Positions 1-13,352 of a stretch of 64,000 bases of DNA are shown here, piece by piece (position 1 is the stretch's first letter; the number at the start of each line of letters is the position of its first letter). Source of the stretch: Eledone cirrhosa. Its lineage: Eukaryota. Below the pieces are notes generated by a model, which saw nothing but the letters and a program-made list of their open reading frames with translations, was not told the origin of the DNA and searched no databases. A program made the position numbers and the translations under genes. The stretch spans positions 22,991 to 86,990 of the forward strand of contig CAXHJY010000090.1 in assembly GCA_964016885.1 (NCBI GenBank). Reading direction: 5' to 3'.

Positions 1-271
1 TATAACCTATGAAAGGCAGACTATAGACACGATAATTAAAAATATAAATTAAAGCGTAAATAAATACCTCTATAACTATATAACACACGTACAAATCCAA
101 AGATATGTTTCACCAAAAAAGAACTGAGACTAGACCATTTCTTTCAACAAATTTTTTGGTGAAACATATCTTTGGATTTGTACGTGTGTTATATAGTTAT
201 AGAGGTATTTATTTACGCTTTAATTTATATTTTTAATTATCGTGTCTATAGTCTGTCTTTCATAGGTTATA
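1..271. repeat. Long inverted repeat (about 120-bp arms, 31-nt spacer); left arm may extend beyond the window
   Basis: 1-120 is the near-perfect reverse complement of 152-271 (tataacctatgaaag... / ...ctttcataggttata). Confidence 0.92.
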
Positions 272-442
272 GATTCCATACACTGGTGGTTTTTTCCCTG
301 TATTATTGATAACGCACTATATATCTCTCTCTGGTGTGTTGCCTTCTCAACATATTATATTTTAAAGGGCTCAGGATCTCTTCCCCTTTGAGCACATTAT
401 TTACAGGGAATAACGACGGCCTATGCCTCCGTTAATTTATCG

Positions 443-480
<38 letters not shown>

Positions 481-584
481 CACATTCTGGTATAACCAGG
501 ACTGTACAGTTAAGTATAGAATATCACCACTAAATTTAATCCATTATTCTGATCTCTGATATTTAGCATTCCCCTATCAGGCCT

Positions 585-1845
585 CACACACACCCCCTAT
601 TTACCACCACCACACCATCACCCTCTTCACCCCCCCCCCCCTTACCACCGCCACACCACCCTCATCACTTATTTACTATATGTGTCATTTATACACCTCT
701 TGCAACCACCTTCGCCATCACCACCTCACCACCATCACCGTCCCCTGCACCACCATTGCACACCACCTCATCCATGCCACCACCACCGCCATCATCATCA
801 CCTCGTCCCCACCACCACCTCACACCACCTCCACCACCTTCACCACCACCACCACGCACCACCTCACACCACCTCCACCACCTCACACCACCAAGCACCA
901 CCACGCACCGCCACCACGCACCGCCACCTCACACCACCTCACACCACCTCACACCACCTCACACCACCTTCACCACCACCACCATACACCTCCTCAACCA
1001 CACACCCACTACGCACCACCTCACACCACCTCCACCACCTCACACCACCAAGCACCACCACGCACCGCCACCACGCACCACCTCACACCACCTCACACTA
1101 CCTCACACCACCTCACACCACCTCACACCACCTCACACCACCTCACACCACCTCACACCACCTCACACCACCTCACACAACCACCACCACTACACACCAC
1201 CACCACCATCTTCACATTCTGCTGTCTCACTTGATACTCTCACCCACCCCCACCCTATGGTCCCCCCACCGCCCCCACCCCCACTCCCCCACCGCCCCCA
1301 CCCCACTCCCCCACCGCCCCCACCCCCACTCCCCCACCGCCCACACACCCCTTTCCCCCACCGCCCACACCATTACAGTGTGTCTCTAACCAGGTGTCAC
1401 TCATATGTAATACATGTCTTAACAGGTAACACCTGCTTCTCTCTCTCTCTCTCTCCCCTCTCTCTCTTTCTCAGTCTCTCTCTGTCACTCTCTATCTCTT
1501 TCTCTTTTTCTTTCCCCCTCTCTCTCTTTCCCCCTCTCTCTCTCTTTTTCTTTCTTCCCTCCCTTCCTCGCTCTCTCTCACTCTTCCCTCCCTTCCTCGC
1601 TCTCTCTCACTCCCCTCTCTCTTTCTCACTCTCCTCTCTCTTTCTCACTCTCCTCTCTCTTTCTCACTCTCCTCTCTCTTTCTCACTCTTTCTCACTCTC
1701 CTCTCTCTTTCTCACTCTCTTTCTCACTCTCCTCTCTCTTTCTCACTCTCCTCTCTCTTTCTCACTCTCTTTCTCTTTCTCACTCTCTTTCTCTTTCCCT
1801 CTCTCTTTCCCTCCTTCTCACATACCTCTCTCTCTCTCACATACA
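585..1845. repeat. Low-complexity CAC/CCA-rich tract followed by a (CT)-rich tract
   Basis: Degenerate cacctcacac units, then polypyrimidine ctctcttt runs. Confidence 0.9.
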
Positions 1846-1869
1846 TACTTCTGTCTGTTTGACACAGTA

Positions 1870-2060
1870 GTGGCAGTATTGGTAGAAGGTCGGACACCAT
1901 GCTTTGCAGCATAGAGTTACGTCCCTTTATGGTCTGAGTTCAAATCCCGCCGAGGTTAACTTTGCCTTTCATCCTTACGGGGTCGATAAAATAAAGTACC
2001 AGTAATGTACTGGGGTAATTGCTGGCCTTGTGCCTAAAGTAGAAACAATTATTATTATTA
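1870..2060 (+). mobile_element. tRNA-derived SINE, family A
   Basis: A-box-like tggcagtattggtaga, B-box gagttcaaatcc, (ATT)n tail; near-identical copies at 31872, 50252 (-) and 53021-53762. Confidence 0.85.
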
Positions 2061-2584
2061 TTGTATTGCTTTTGCATAAAATATCTTAGATTTTATAGAG
2101 TCTGGGTTGTTGAAAGTCACTTTGTTATGTTGCAACAGAAAATAGAAAGGAAAAAAAACAATAAGATATATAAAAACGAATATAAAAAAGAAAATAAGAA
2201 ACAAATTACCAAAAAACATTACAAAAAGAAACAAAAAAAAAAACGAAACAAAAATAAAAATAGATAAAAAATATTTGAAAAACGACCATAAAACAATAAA
2301 TACATAAACAGATGTAAAAAGTTAGAAAAAATTATAATTTTAAACTTTAATTGTAAAAAAAAAAAAAGACAATGGAAAGAATAAAATTAAAAAGAGGAAG
2401 AATTTTTAAAAAAAGAATTTAAATAAATAAAAAATTTAAATAAAAAAAAATTTAAATAAAAAGTAAGTTAAATAAAAAGTAAGTTAAATAAAAAAGAATT
2501 TAAATAAATAATAAGTTAAGAAATAAATGCGGAAAATATTTAACAAGGAAGTATAGGTAAGATTAAAGTAAAACATGAACTATA

Positions 2585-4241
2585 ATATATGTATGGGTGT
2601 ATATATATGTATGGGTGTATATATAGGTGTGTGTGTTGGTGGGGGAGTGTATGTGTGTGTGTGGATGTTGAATACGTAGATATGTGTGTGTATGTGTGTC
2701 TATATTTGTGTATATGTGTGTATATATATGTATGTGTATGTATATATATATATATGTGTATGTATATATATATGTATGTATGTATATATGTATGTGTGTG
2801 TAGGTAATTCTGTATGTGTGTCTATATTTGTGTATATGTGTGTATATATATGTATGTGTATGTATATATATATATGTGTATGTATATATATATATATATA
2901 TGTATGTATGTGTGTGTGTACATATATGTGTGTACATATATATGTGTACGTATATGTATGTGTGTACATATTTATGTATGTGTATGTATATATATATGTG
3001 TGTACATATATATGTATGTGTATGTATATATATGTGTGTGTATATATATTTATATATATATATGTGTGTATGTATATGATTATATATATATATATATGTG
3101 TGTGTGTGTATGTATAAATATGTGTAGTTATGAATGTATATTATGTGTGTATATATATATATATATATATGAGGTCTGAGAATTGAACTCACAACCTGCA
3201 ATTGAAAGGTTGTGAGTTCAATTCTCAGACCGGGTGATGTGTTGTTTGCTTGAGCAAGACACTTTATTTCACATTGCTCCAGTTTACTCAGCTGTAGAAA
3301 TGAGATGATAGGGACTGGGGTCCCTATCATTCCACTGTAAAGTGGACATGGAGGTGCCACGGCAAAACAGCACCCAGCCCACACTGTAAAGTGGACGTGG
3401 AGGCGCCACGGCAAAAAAGCACCCAGCCCACACCGTAAAGTGGACATGGAGGTGCCACGGCAAAATAGCACCCAGCCCACACTGTAAAGTGGACGTGGAG
3501 GCGCCACGGTAAAAAAGCACCCAGCCCACACTGTAAAGTGGTCGTGGAGGTGCCACGGCAAAAAAGCACCCAGCACTCACTGTAAAGTGGTCATGGAGGT
3601 GCCACGGAGAAAAAAAGCACCCAGCACTCACTGTAAATGAGGTTGGGGTTAGGAAGGGCATCCAGCTGTAGAAATCAAGCCAGAATCAGTTCCCGTCTCA
3701 CCCTTGCAAGCAGGGAAAAGCGGACGTAAAATGAAATGATGATGATAATGATATATATATATACATATATCTGTCTTTATATATGTATATATCTGTGTAT
3801 ATATAAATGTGTGTGTGTGTATATATATATACATATGTAAAGACAGATATATGTATATATATACGCACATATATATATACATATATCTGTCTTTACATAT
3901 ATATATATTCATATGTAAAGACAGATATATATATATATATGTGTGTGTATATATACACACACATCTGTATTGAGTTCTTTGTACCTCAAGACTTTTCTAT
4001 TTTTTACTTGTACATAGTTGTGTATCTCCTTCAAATATATATATGTGTGTGTATGTACATGTGCAAATGTTTGTGTATATGTGTGTGTGTGTATATATGT
4101 GTGTGTGTGTGTGTATATATATTATACATACATACAAAATATAAATTAAAAACAACCTATTTTGCAAGTTAAAAATAAATAACCTTTAGTCTTTTTTTTT
4201 TAAAAGATACCAATTGTTGATTGTATATATCTGTCTATAGT

Positions 4242-4283
<42 letters not shown>

Positions 4284-4433
4284 GTAACATTGTCATCATT
4301 TAACATTCATGAATATTTGTATGTGTGTATACATACACATACACATACTTGTATGTGTGCATATAGATATGTGCGTGTATATATATATATATATATATAT
4401 ATGTGGGTGTGTATATGTATATATATGTATATA

Positions 4434-4464
<31 letters not shown>

Positions 4465-4925
4465 GTACATACATATGTTTACTTATATATATGTATATGT
4501 TTACTTATATATATGCACATATGCTTATGTGTGTATACGCATATGTGCATATATATATATATATACATACATATATATATACACACATATATGTACATAT
4601 ATATATATACATATACATATATATATATATATATACACACATATATATGTACACAGATATATATATATATACACATACACACATATGTGCATATATATAA
4701 CTTAGCATGTATATGTACATACTCACACACACACTCACACACACACTCACACACACACTCACACACACACACACTCATATACACACTCACACATAAACAC
4801 ACACACACACATATATATATATATGTCAGGTTTTTCCTGGTACAACACCTATTACTATCATATATATATACATATGCACATACACAGTCACACATACACA
4901 CGCACATATATACACATATATATAA
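2585..4925. repeat. (TA)n/(TG)n/(CA)n compound microsatellites, interrupted by a SINE at 3173-3752
   Basis: Direct reading of dinucleotide runs. Confidence 0.95.
3173..3752 (+). mobile_element. 5'-truncated CORE-SINE (family B) with RTE-type 3' tail and an internal 48-bp unit amplified about 6 times
   Basis: B-box gagttcaattc; CORE-like ttgagcaagacactttatttcacattgctccagtttactcagctgtagaaatg; tail cccttgcaagcagggaaaagcggacgtaaaatga(tga)n; matches 39746-40097. Confidence 0.8.
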
Positions 4926-5188
4926 AGCTAGTTATAAAACTGGAAGCTTCCATTCAATTAAAGAATGTGTGACTGGGTGAGACAAGAATAATGTTTTTAT
5001 GATTTACATTAAAATAAATGTGATTTGTTTCAGGTGGCCTCATCTTTCAATTTATATCATCAGTTACAAACAAATGAATGCTATTTAGTTCAATTGATGG
5101 GAATTATTTTATCAGAGGATGGATAGTGTGGAGGGTTGTGGTCAGATTAAGCTGTGGTTGTCTAAATATATAAATATATCTACAATGG

Positions 5189-8100
5189 TCATGTAAGTGC
5201 CGCGACAAAATGCACCCAGGTCCACACTGTAAAGTGGTTGTGTAGGTGCCGCGACAAAATGCACCCAGTCCACACTGTAAAGTGGTTGTGTAGGTGCCAC
5301 GACAAAATGCACCCAGTCCACACTGTAAAGTGGTTGTGTAGGTGTCATGGCAAAATGCACCTAGTCCACACTGTAAAGTGGTTGTGTAGGTGTCATGACA
5401 AAATGCACCCAGTCCACACTGTAAAGTGGTTGTGTAGGTGTCATGTCAAAATGCACCTAGTCCACACTGTAAAGTGGTTGTGTAGGTGTCATGACAAAAT
5501 GCACCTAGTCCACACTGTAAAGTGGTTGTGTAGGTGTCATGACAAAATGCACCCAGTCCACACTGTAAAGTGGTTGTGTAGGTGTCATGTCAAAATGCAC
5601 CTAGTCCACACTGTAAAGTGGTTGTGTAGGTGTCATGACAAAATGCACCCAGTCCACACTGTAAAGTGGTTGTGTAGGTGTCATGACAAAATGCACCCAG
5701 TCCACACTGTAAAGTGGTTGTGTAGGTGTCATGACAAAATGCACCCAGTCCACACTGTAAAGTGGTTGTGTAGGTGTCATGTCAAAATGCACCTAGTCCA
5801 CACTGTAAAGTGGTTGTGTAGGTGTCATGACAAAATGCACCCAGTCCACACTGTAAAGTGGTTGTGTAGGTGTCATGTCAAAATGCACCTAGTCCACACT
5901 GTAAAGTGGTTGTGTAGGTGTCACGACAAAATGCACCCAGTCCACACTGTAAAGTAGTTGTGTAGGTGTCATGACAAAATGCACCCAGTCCACACTGTAA
6001 AGTGGTTGTGTAGGTGTCATGACAAAATGCACCCAGTCCACACTGTAAAGTGGTTGTGTAGGTGCCACAACAAAATGCACCCAGTCCACACTGTAAAGTG
6101 GTTGTGTAGGTGTCATGTCAAAATGCACCTAGTCCACACTGTAAAGTGGTTGTGTAGGTGTCATGTCAAAATGCACCTAGTCCACACTGTAAAGTGGTTG
6201 TGTAGGTGTCATGTCAAAATGCACCTAGTCCACACTGTAAAGTGATTGTGTAGGTGTCATGGCAAAATGCACCCAGTCCACACTGTAAAGTGGTTGTGTA
6301 GGTGTCATGTCAAAATGCACATAGTCCACACTGTAAAGTGGTTGTGTAGGTGTCATGACAAAATGCACCCAGTCCACACTGTAAAGTGGTTGTGTAGGTG
6401 TCATGTCAAAATGCACCCAGTCCACACTGTAAAGTGGTTGTGTAGGTGTCATGACAAAATGCACCCAGTCCACACTGTAAAGTGGTTGTGTAGGTGTCAT
6501 GGCAAAATGCACCTAGTCCACACTGTAAAGTGGTTGTGTAGGTGTCATGACAAAATGCACCCAGTCCACACTGTAAAGTGGTTGTGTAGGTGTCATGACA
6601 AAATGCACCCAGTCCACACTGTAAAGTGGTTGTGTAGGTGTCATGACAAAATGCACCCAGTCCACACTGTAAAGTGGTTGTGTAGGTGTCATGTCAAAAT
6701 GCACCTAGTCCACACTGTAAAGTGGTTGTGTAGGTGTCATGACAAAATGCACCCAGTCCACACTGTAAAGTGGTTGTGTAGGTGTCATGTCAAAATGCAC
6801 CCAGTCCACACTGTAAAGTGGTTGTGTAGGTGTCATGACAAAATGCACCCAGTCCACACTGTAAAGTGGTTGTGTAGGTGTCATGGCAAAATGCACCTAG
6901 TCCACACTGTAAAGTGGTTGTGTAGGTGTCATGTCAAAATGCACCTAGTCCACACTGTAAAGTGGTTGTGTAGGTGTCATGTCAAAATGCACCCAGTCCA
7001 CACTGTAAAGTGGTTGTGTAGGTGTCATGACAAAATGCACCCAGTCCACACTGTAAAGTGGTTGTGTAGGTGTCATGGCAAAATGCACCTAGTCCACACT
7101 GTAAAGTGGTTGTGTAGGTGTCATGACAAAATGCACCCAGTCCACACTGTAAAGTGGTTGTGTAGGTGTCATGTCAAAATGCACCTAGTCCACACTGTAA
7201 AGTGGTTGTGTAGGTGTCATGCAAAATGCACCCAGTCCACACTGTAAAGTGGTTGTGTAGGTGTCATGTCAAAATGCACCCAGTCCACACTGTAAAGTGG
7301 TTGTGTAGGTGTCATGGCAAAATGCACCTAGTCCACACTGTAAAGTGGTTGTGTAGGTGTCATGACAAAATGCACCCAGTCCACACTGTAAAGTGGTTGT
7401 GTAGGTGTCATGACAAAATGCACCCAGTCCACACTGTAAAGTGGTTGTGTAGGTGTCATGACAAAATGCACCCAGTCCACACTGTAAAGTGGTTGTGTAG
7501 GTGTCATGTCAAAATGCACCTAGTCCACACTGTAAAGTGGTTGTGTAGGTGTCATGACAAAATGCACCCAGTCCACACTGTAAAGTGGTTGTGTAGGTGT
7601 CATGTCAAAATGCACCCAGTCCACACTGTAAAGTGGTTGTGTAGGTGTCATGTCAAAATGCACCTAGTCCACACTGTAAAGTGGTTGTGTAGGTGTCATG
7701 ACAAAATGCACCCAGTCCACACTGTAAAGTGGTTGTGTAGGTGTCATGACAAAATGCACCCAGTCCACACTGTAAAGGGGTTGTGTAGGTGTCATGTCAA
7801 AATGCACCTAGTCCACACTGTAAAGTGGTTGTGTAGGTGTCATGACAAAATGCACCCAGTCCACACTGTAAAGTGGTTGTGTAGGTGTCATGACAAAATG
7901 CACCCAGTCCACACTGAAAAGTGGTTGTGTAGGTGTCATGACAAAATGCACCCAGTCCACACTGTAAAGTGGTTGTGTAGGTGTCATGGCAAAATGCACC
8001 TAGTCCACACTGTAAAGTGGTTGTGTAGGTGTCATGACAAAATGCACCCAGTCCACACTGTAAAGTGGTTGTGTAGGTGTCATGTCAAAATGCACCCAGT

Positions 8101-8755
8101 CCACACTGTAAAGTGGTTGTGTAGGTGTCATGTCAAAATGAACCTAGTCCACACTGTAAAGTGGTTGTGTAGGTGTCATGTCAAAATGAACCTAGTCCAC
8201 ACTGTAAAGTGGTTGTGTAGGTGTCATGTCAAAATGAACCTAGTCCACACTGTAAAGTGGTCATGTTGGAGACATGGCAAAAAGTGACCAGTCCATTCTC
8301 TAAAGTGGTCGTGTAGGTGCCACGACAAAAAGTAGCCAGTCCAAACTGTAAAGTGATTGTGTAGGTATTGCAATACAAAGAACCTAGTCAACACAGTAAA
8401 GTGGTTGTTTGGTAACATAATAAAAGGAACCCAGTCCACACTGTAATATGGTCGTGTTTATGACATGACAAGGAGTGGTCAGTCAACTCTGTAAAGTGGT
8501 CATTTTGGTGCCATGACAAAAATGGCCAGTTCACTCTGTAATGTGGTCGTGTTAAACAACAGAAGACACCCAGTCCACACTGTAAACTGTTAGTGTTGAT
8601 GACACAACAAAAAGTTCCCAGTCCACACTATAAATGTGGTTGGGCTTTGGAAAGACATCCAGCCATAGAAACTGAGCCAGAAACAGTTCTGCATGAGCAA
8701 GATATGGTTACCTGACTCGACTTGTCTAATCCATGCTAGTGTGGAAAAATGGATT
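5189..8755 (+). repeat. 48-bp minisatellite (about 65 homogeneous units to about 8290, degenerate units to about 8640), then an RTE/SINE 3' tail
   Basis: Unit tccacactgtaaagtggttgtgtaggtgtcatgacaaaatgcacccag; followed by catccagccatagaaa...ccatgctagtgtggaaaaatgga. Confidence 0.95.
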
Positions 8756-10858
8756 TACCTCACATAATATCTCACATAACATTTACATTACTCTATATAT
8801 ACTATTGTATTTTCACAGTAAAGGCTTTACCTCACATAATATCTCACATAACATTCACATTACTCTATATATACTATTGTATTTTCACAGTAAAGGCTTT
8901 ACCTCACATAATATCTCACATAACATTTACATTACTCTATATATACTATTGTATTTTCACAGTAAAGGCTTTACCTCACATAATATCTCACATAACATTT
9001 ACATTACTCTATATATACTATTGTATTTTCACAGTAAAGGCTTTACCTCACATAATACCTCACATAACATTTACATTACTCTATATATACTATTATATTT
9101 TCACAGTAAAGGCTTTACCTCACATAAATATCTCACATAACATTTACATTACTCTATATATACTATTGTATTTTCACAGTAAAGGCTTTACCTCACATAT
9201 CTCACATAACATTTACATTACTCTATATATACTATTATATTTTCACAGTAAAGGCTTTACCTCACATAATATCTCACATAACATTTACATTACTCTATAT
9301 TTACTATTGTATTTTCATGGTAAAGGCTTTACCTCACATAATATCTCACATAACATTTACATTACTCTATATATACTATTGTATTTTCACAGTAAAGGCT
9401 TTACCTCACATAATATCTCACATAACATTTACATTACTCTATATATACTATTGTATTTTCATGGTAAAGGCTTTACCTCACATAATATCTCACATAACAT
9501 TTACATTACTCTATATTTACTATTGTATTTTCACAGTAAAGGCTTTACCTCACATAATATCTCACATAACATTTACATTACTCTATATTTACTATTGTAT
9601 TTTCACAGTAAAGGCTTTACCTCACATAATATCTCACATAACATTTACATTACTCTATATTTACTATTGTATTTTCACAGTAAAGGCTTTACCTCACATA
9701 ATATCTCACATAACATTTACATTACTCTATATATACTATTGTATTTTCATGGTAAAGGCTTTACCTCACATAATATCTCACATAACATTTACATTACTCT
9801 ATATTTACTATTATATTTTCATGATAAAGGCTTTACCTCACATAATATCTCACATAACATTTACATTACTCTATATATACTATTGTATTTTCATAGTAAA
9901 GGCTTTACCTCACATAATATCTCACATAACATTTACATTACTCTATATTTACTATTGTATTTTCACAGTAAAGGCTTTACCTCACATAATATCTCACATA
10001 ACATTTACATTACTCTATATTTACTATTGTATTTTCACAGTAAAGGCTTTACCTCACATAATATCTCACATAACATTTACATTACTCTATATATACTATT
10101 GTATTTTCATGGTAAAGGCTTTACCTCACATAATATCTCACATAACATTTACATTACTCTATATTTACTATTGTATTTTCACAGTAAAGGCTTTACCTCA
10201 CATAATATCTCACATAACATTTACATTACTCTATATTTACTATTGTATTTTCACAGTAAAGGCTTTACCTCACATAATATCTCACATAACATTTACATTA
10301 CTCTATATATACTATTGTATTTTCATGATAAAGGCTTTACCTCACATAATATCTCACATAACATTTACATTACTCTATATATACTATTGTATTTTCATGG
10401 TAAAGGCTTTACCTCACATAATATCTCACATAACATTTACATTACTCTATATTTACTATTGTATTTTCACAGTAAAGGCTTTACCTCACATAATATCTCA
10501 CATAACATTTACATTACTCTATATTTACTATTGTATTTTCACAGTAAAGGCTTTACCTCACATAATATCTCACATAACATTTACATTACTCTATATATGC
10601 TATTGTATTTTCATGATAAAGGCTTTACCTCACATAATATCTCGCATAACATTTACATTACTCTATATATACTATTATATTTTCATGGTAAAGGCTTTAC
10701 CTCACATAATATCTCACATACCATTTACATTACTCTATATATACTATTGTATTTTCATAGTAAAGGCTTTACCTCACATAATTATCTCACATAACATTTA
10801 CATTACTCTATATATACTATTATATTTCCACAGTAAAGGCTTCACTTCACATAATATC
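8755..10858 (+). repeat. 72-bp satellite (about 29 units) derived from the end of a piggyBac-type MITE
   Basis: Unit cacataatatctcacataacatttacattactctatatatactattgtattttcacagtaaaggctttacct; runs directly into the MITE body at about 10858. Confidence 0.95.
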
Positions 10859-11198
10859 GAATCTATGATATTTTGATATTATTTATTTTGAGAACAATAC
10901 CTTAACATCAGTATGAGTGACCAGTTACAGCCGATTTGAACAGAAAGAAGTGAGAGAATTCTGGCCGCATACAGCCGGTTGAAATGCTAATGGGTTGACC
11001 CTTTAGCATTTACATTACTCTATATTTCTTATTATATTTTCACAGTAAAGGATTTATCTCACATAATATCGAATCTATGAGATCTTGTTGAGAACAATAC
11101 CTTAACATCAGTATGAGTGGCCGGTTACAGCTGGTTTGAATAGAAAGGGGTGAGAGAATTCTGGCAGGATACAGCTGGTGTAAATGCTAAAGGGTTAA
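10793..11198 (+). mobile_element. Two tandem copies of a ~200-bp TTAA-flanked piggyBac-type MITE
   Basis: Ends CCCTTTAGCATTTA...TAAATGCTAAAGGG; TTGA at 10995-10998 and TTAA at 11195-11198. Confidence 0.8.
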
Positions 11199-11414
11199 AA
11201 AGAATGCCCTAGAAATGCTGTATGTCAATACAGCACCCCTACGATTCCCTCAGGGGTTACAAGACCATAAATAAATAAAAATGCTTTTGCTAACTGATTT
11301 AGTTGCCCTCCATGCACCGATGAGCTACTGACACAAACATACGAAGTGAGGGTTGTAATAGTCTTTGTTTTTTTTCACTAGTACTGTAGCTCTTAACACC
11401 AATATATCCAAAAT

Positions 11415-12171
11415 TAACCCTTTTGATACTAAACCACCTGAAACTGTCTCGGAATTTATGATACAAAGCTGTTCATTTTAAGATGTTTATCTCTCCTTAT
11501 AATTAAAACTTTCTTCACAATTTTATTTTCGAAAATTTTCCTTAAGTAATGTTTTAAATATCAGCTTATTAATGAAAAATTTAATTATCTTATCAAATTC
11601 CTCCAAATTTTTGATTATTTTCAGAATTAATTAACCTTCAAGCCCAGCAAGGTAAGAATTATCCACATATAATAATCAATTATTAACCCTTTTGACACCA
11701 AACAACCCAAAACTGTCCCTGATTGTATGATACAAACCTGATCATTTAAAAATGTTTATCCTTATATGAAAACCTTCCACCATAATTTCATTTCAGAAAA
11801 ATCTAATCCATTTATGATACAAAACTGTTCATTTTAAAATGTCTATCATTATATTAAAACTTTATTTTAACTCTTTTAATATCAACCGTCCTGAAACTGT
11901 CACTAGATTGGTGACACAATGATGCTTGTAATAAAATGTCTATCCTTATATTAAAATCTTCCTTCATAATTTTATTTCAGAAATATTTGCTAAGTAGTGT
12001 TCTAAATGTCAGTTTTACTAAAGAAAATCATAAATTAAATCTATTTATGATACAAAACTGGTCATTTAAAAATGTTTATCCTTAAATTAAAACTTTATTT
12101 CAACAGTTTTAATATCAAACCAACCAAGGTCAACTTTGCTTTTTATCCTTCCCTCTATATATCTTTCTCAC

Positions 12172-12209
<38 letters not shown>

Positions 12210-12924
12210 TCTCTCTCCCTCCCTCTCTCTTCGTAAGACTCCAGCAGGAGTTAAGGGTAAAATAATAAATTGGACATTTTAAAATGTCTCTCTTTATATT
12301 AAAACCTTCCATCATAATTTTATTTTAGAATTTTTTTACTTAAGTAAGGTTCTAAATATGAGCTTAACTAATGAAAAACTTAAATTAAATCTTTCTTCTT
12401 CTTCTTCTTCTTCTTTTTCTTCTTCTTTTTCTTCTTTTTCTTCTTTTTCTTCTTTTTCTTCTTCTTCTTCTTCTTCTTCTTCTTCTTTTTCCTTCTTTTT
12501 TTTCTTTTTTTTCTTTTTTTTCTTTTTCGTCTTCTTTTTCTTCTTCTTTGCCTTCGCCTTCGCCTTCTTCTTCTTCTTCTTCTTCTTCTTCTTCTTCTTG
12601 ACAGGGTCATGCAGACTCCTCAAACCACCCCTTCCAGCAGGTCCTGTCAGAAGCAATCATTCTCCAACTGTTTCGGTTGGATTCCTAAGCAAGACCATCC
12701 AAGCTCATGGATGTTATCCAACCATCTTGCTGGGCCTCCTCAGCTGTTGGTTTTGCCCATAAAATCTGTCCAGTGATTCTTTCCTGAGACATTCTAACCA
12801 TATCCCCATAGCAACAGAGCTGTGGACATGTTGTTAGACTTAAATTAAATTCATTTATTATAAAACAAATTGTTCCTTTTAAAATGTTTATCCTTATATT
12901 GAATCCTTCTATCATAAATATATT
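11415..12924 (+). repeat. Degenerate tandem repeat of a ~200-270-bp AT-rich unit
   Basis: Recurrent ttaacccttttga.ac, tgatacaaa.ctg.tcatttaaaaatgtttatccttatattaaaac at about 11415, 11683, 11867 and 12050. Confidence 0.6.
12391..12837 (-). mobile_element. 5'-truncated RTE-clade LINE 3' end with long (GAA)n tail and a 13-bp target site duplication
   Basis: Minus strand encodes degenerate YGDMVRMSQERITGQILWAKP (RTE C-terminal WYGHVxRM motif); TSD acttaaattaaat at 12378-12390 and 12838-12850. Confidence 0.8.
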
Positions 12925-13352
12925 TTAACCCTTTAGCATTTAAACTGGCCATATCTGGCAAGAATTCTCTCACCTCTTTCTGTTCAAACCGGTTGTAACC
13001 AGCTGCTCACACTTATAGTAAGGTACTCTCAAAATAAATAATATCAAAATCTCATAGATTCAATGCTATGTGAGGTAAAGCCTTTACTGTGAAAATACAA
13101 TAGTATATATAGAGTGGTTTCTTTATTTGCCACTAGGGCACAAAAGGTAGGGACAGATACAAGGGGGGAAGTTTACATATAATTAACGAGTACAAAAATA
13201 TAACAATGAAATAACAACAACAAACGAAGTCCTCAATAGGGAGGGGGCATTAACATGGGTCGCACACACCCCGGAAAAAATGTGTAACCCTTCTCCTCAG
13301 GAGCACAAAGAGTAGGTGCTTCCCTCGTCTCCGCTTTTTCCTCTTCTTTCAC

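Noticed and set aside
5238-10876. Long ORFs with periodic HTVKWLCRCH or SHNIYITLY peptides
   Set aside because: Products of 48- and 72-bp tandem repeats (multiples of 3); frameshifts occur freely.
12336-12762. Poly-K/E/F ORFs
   Set aside because: Translation of the (GAA)n tail of the RTE insertion.
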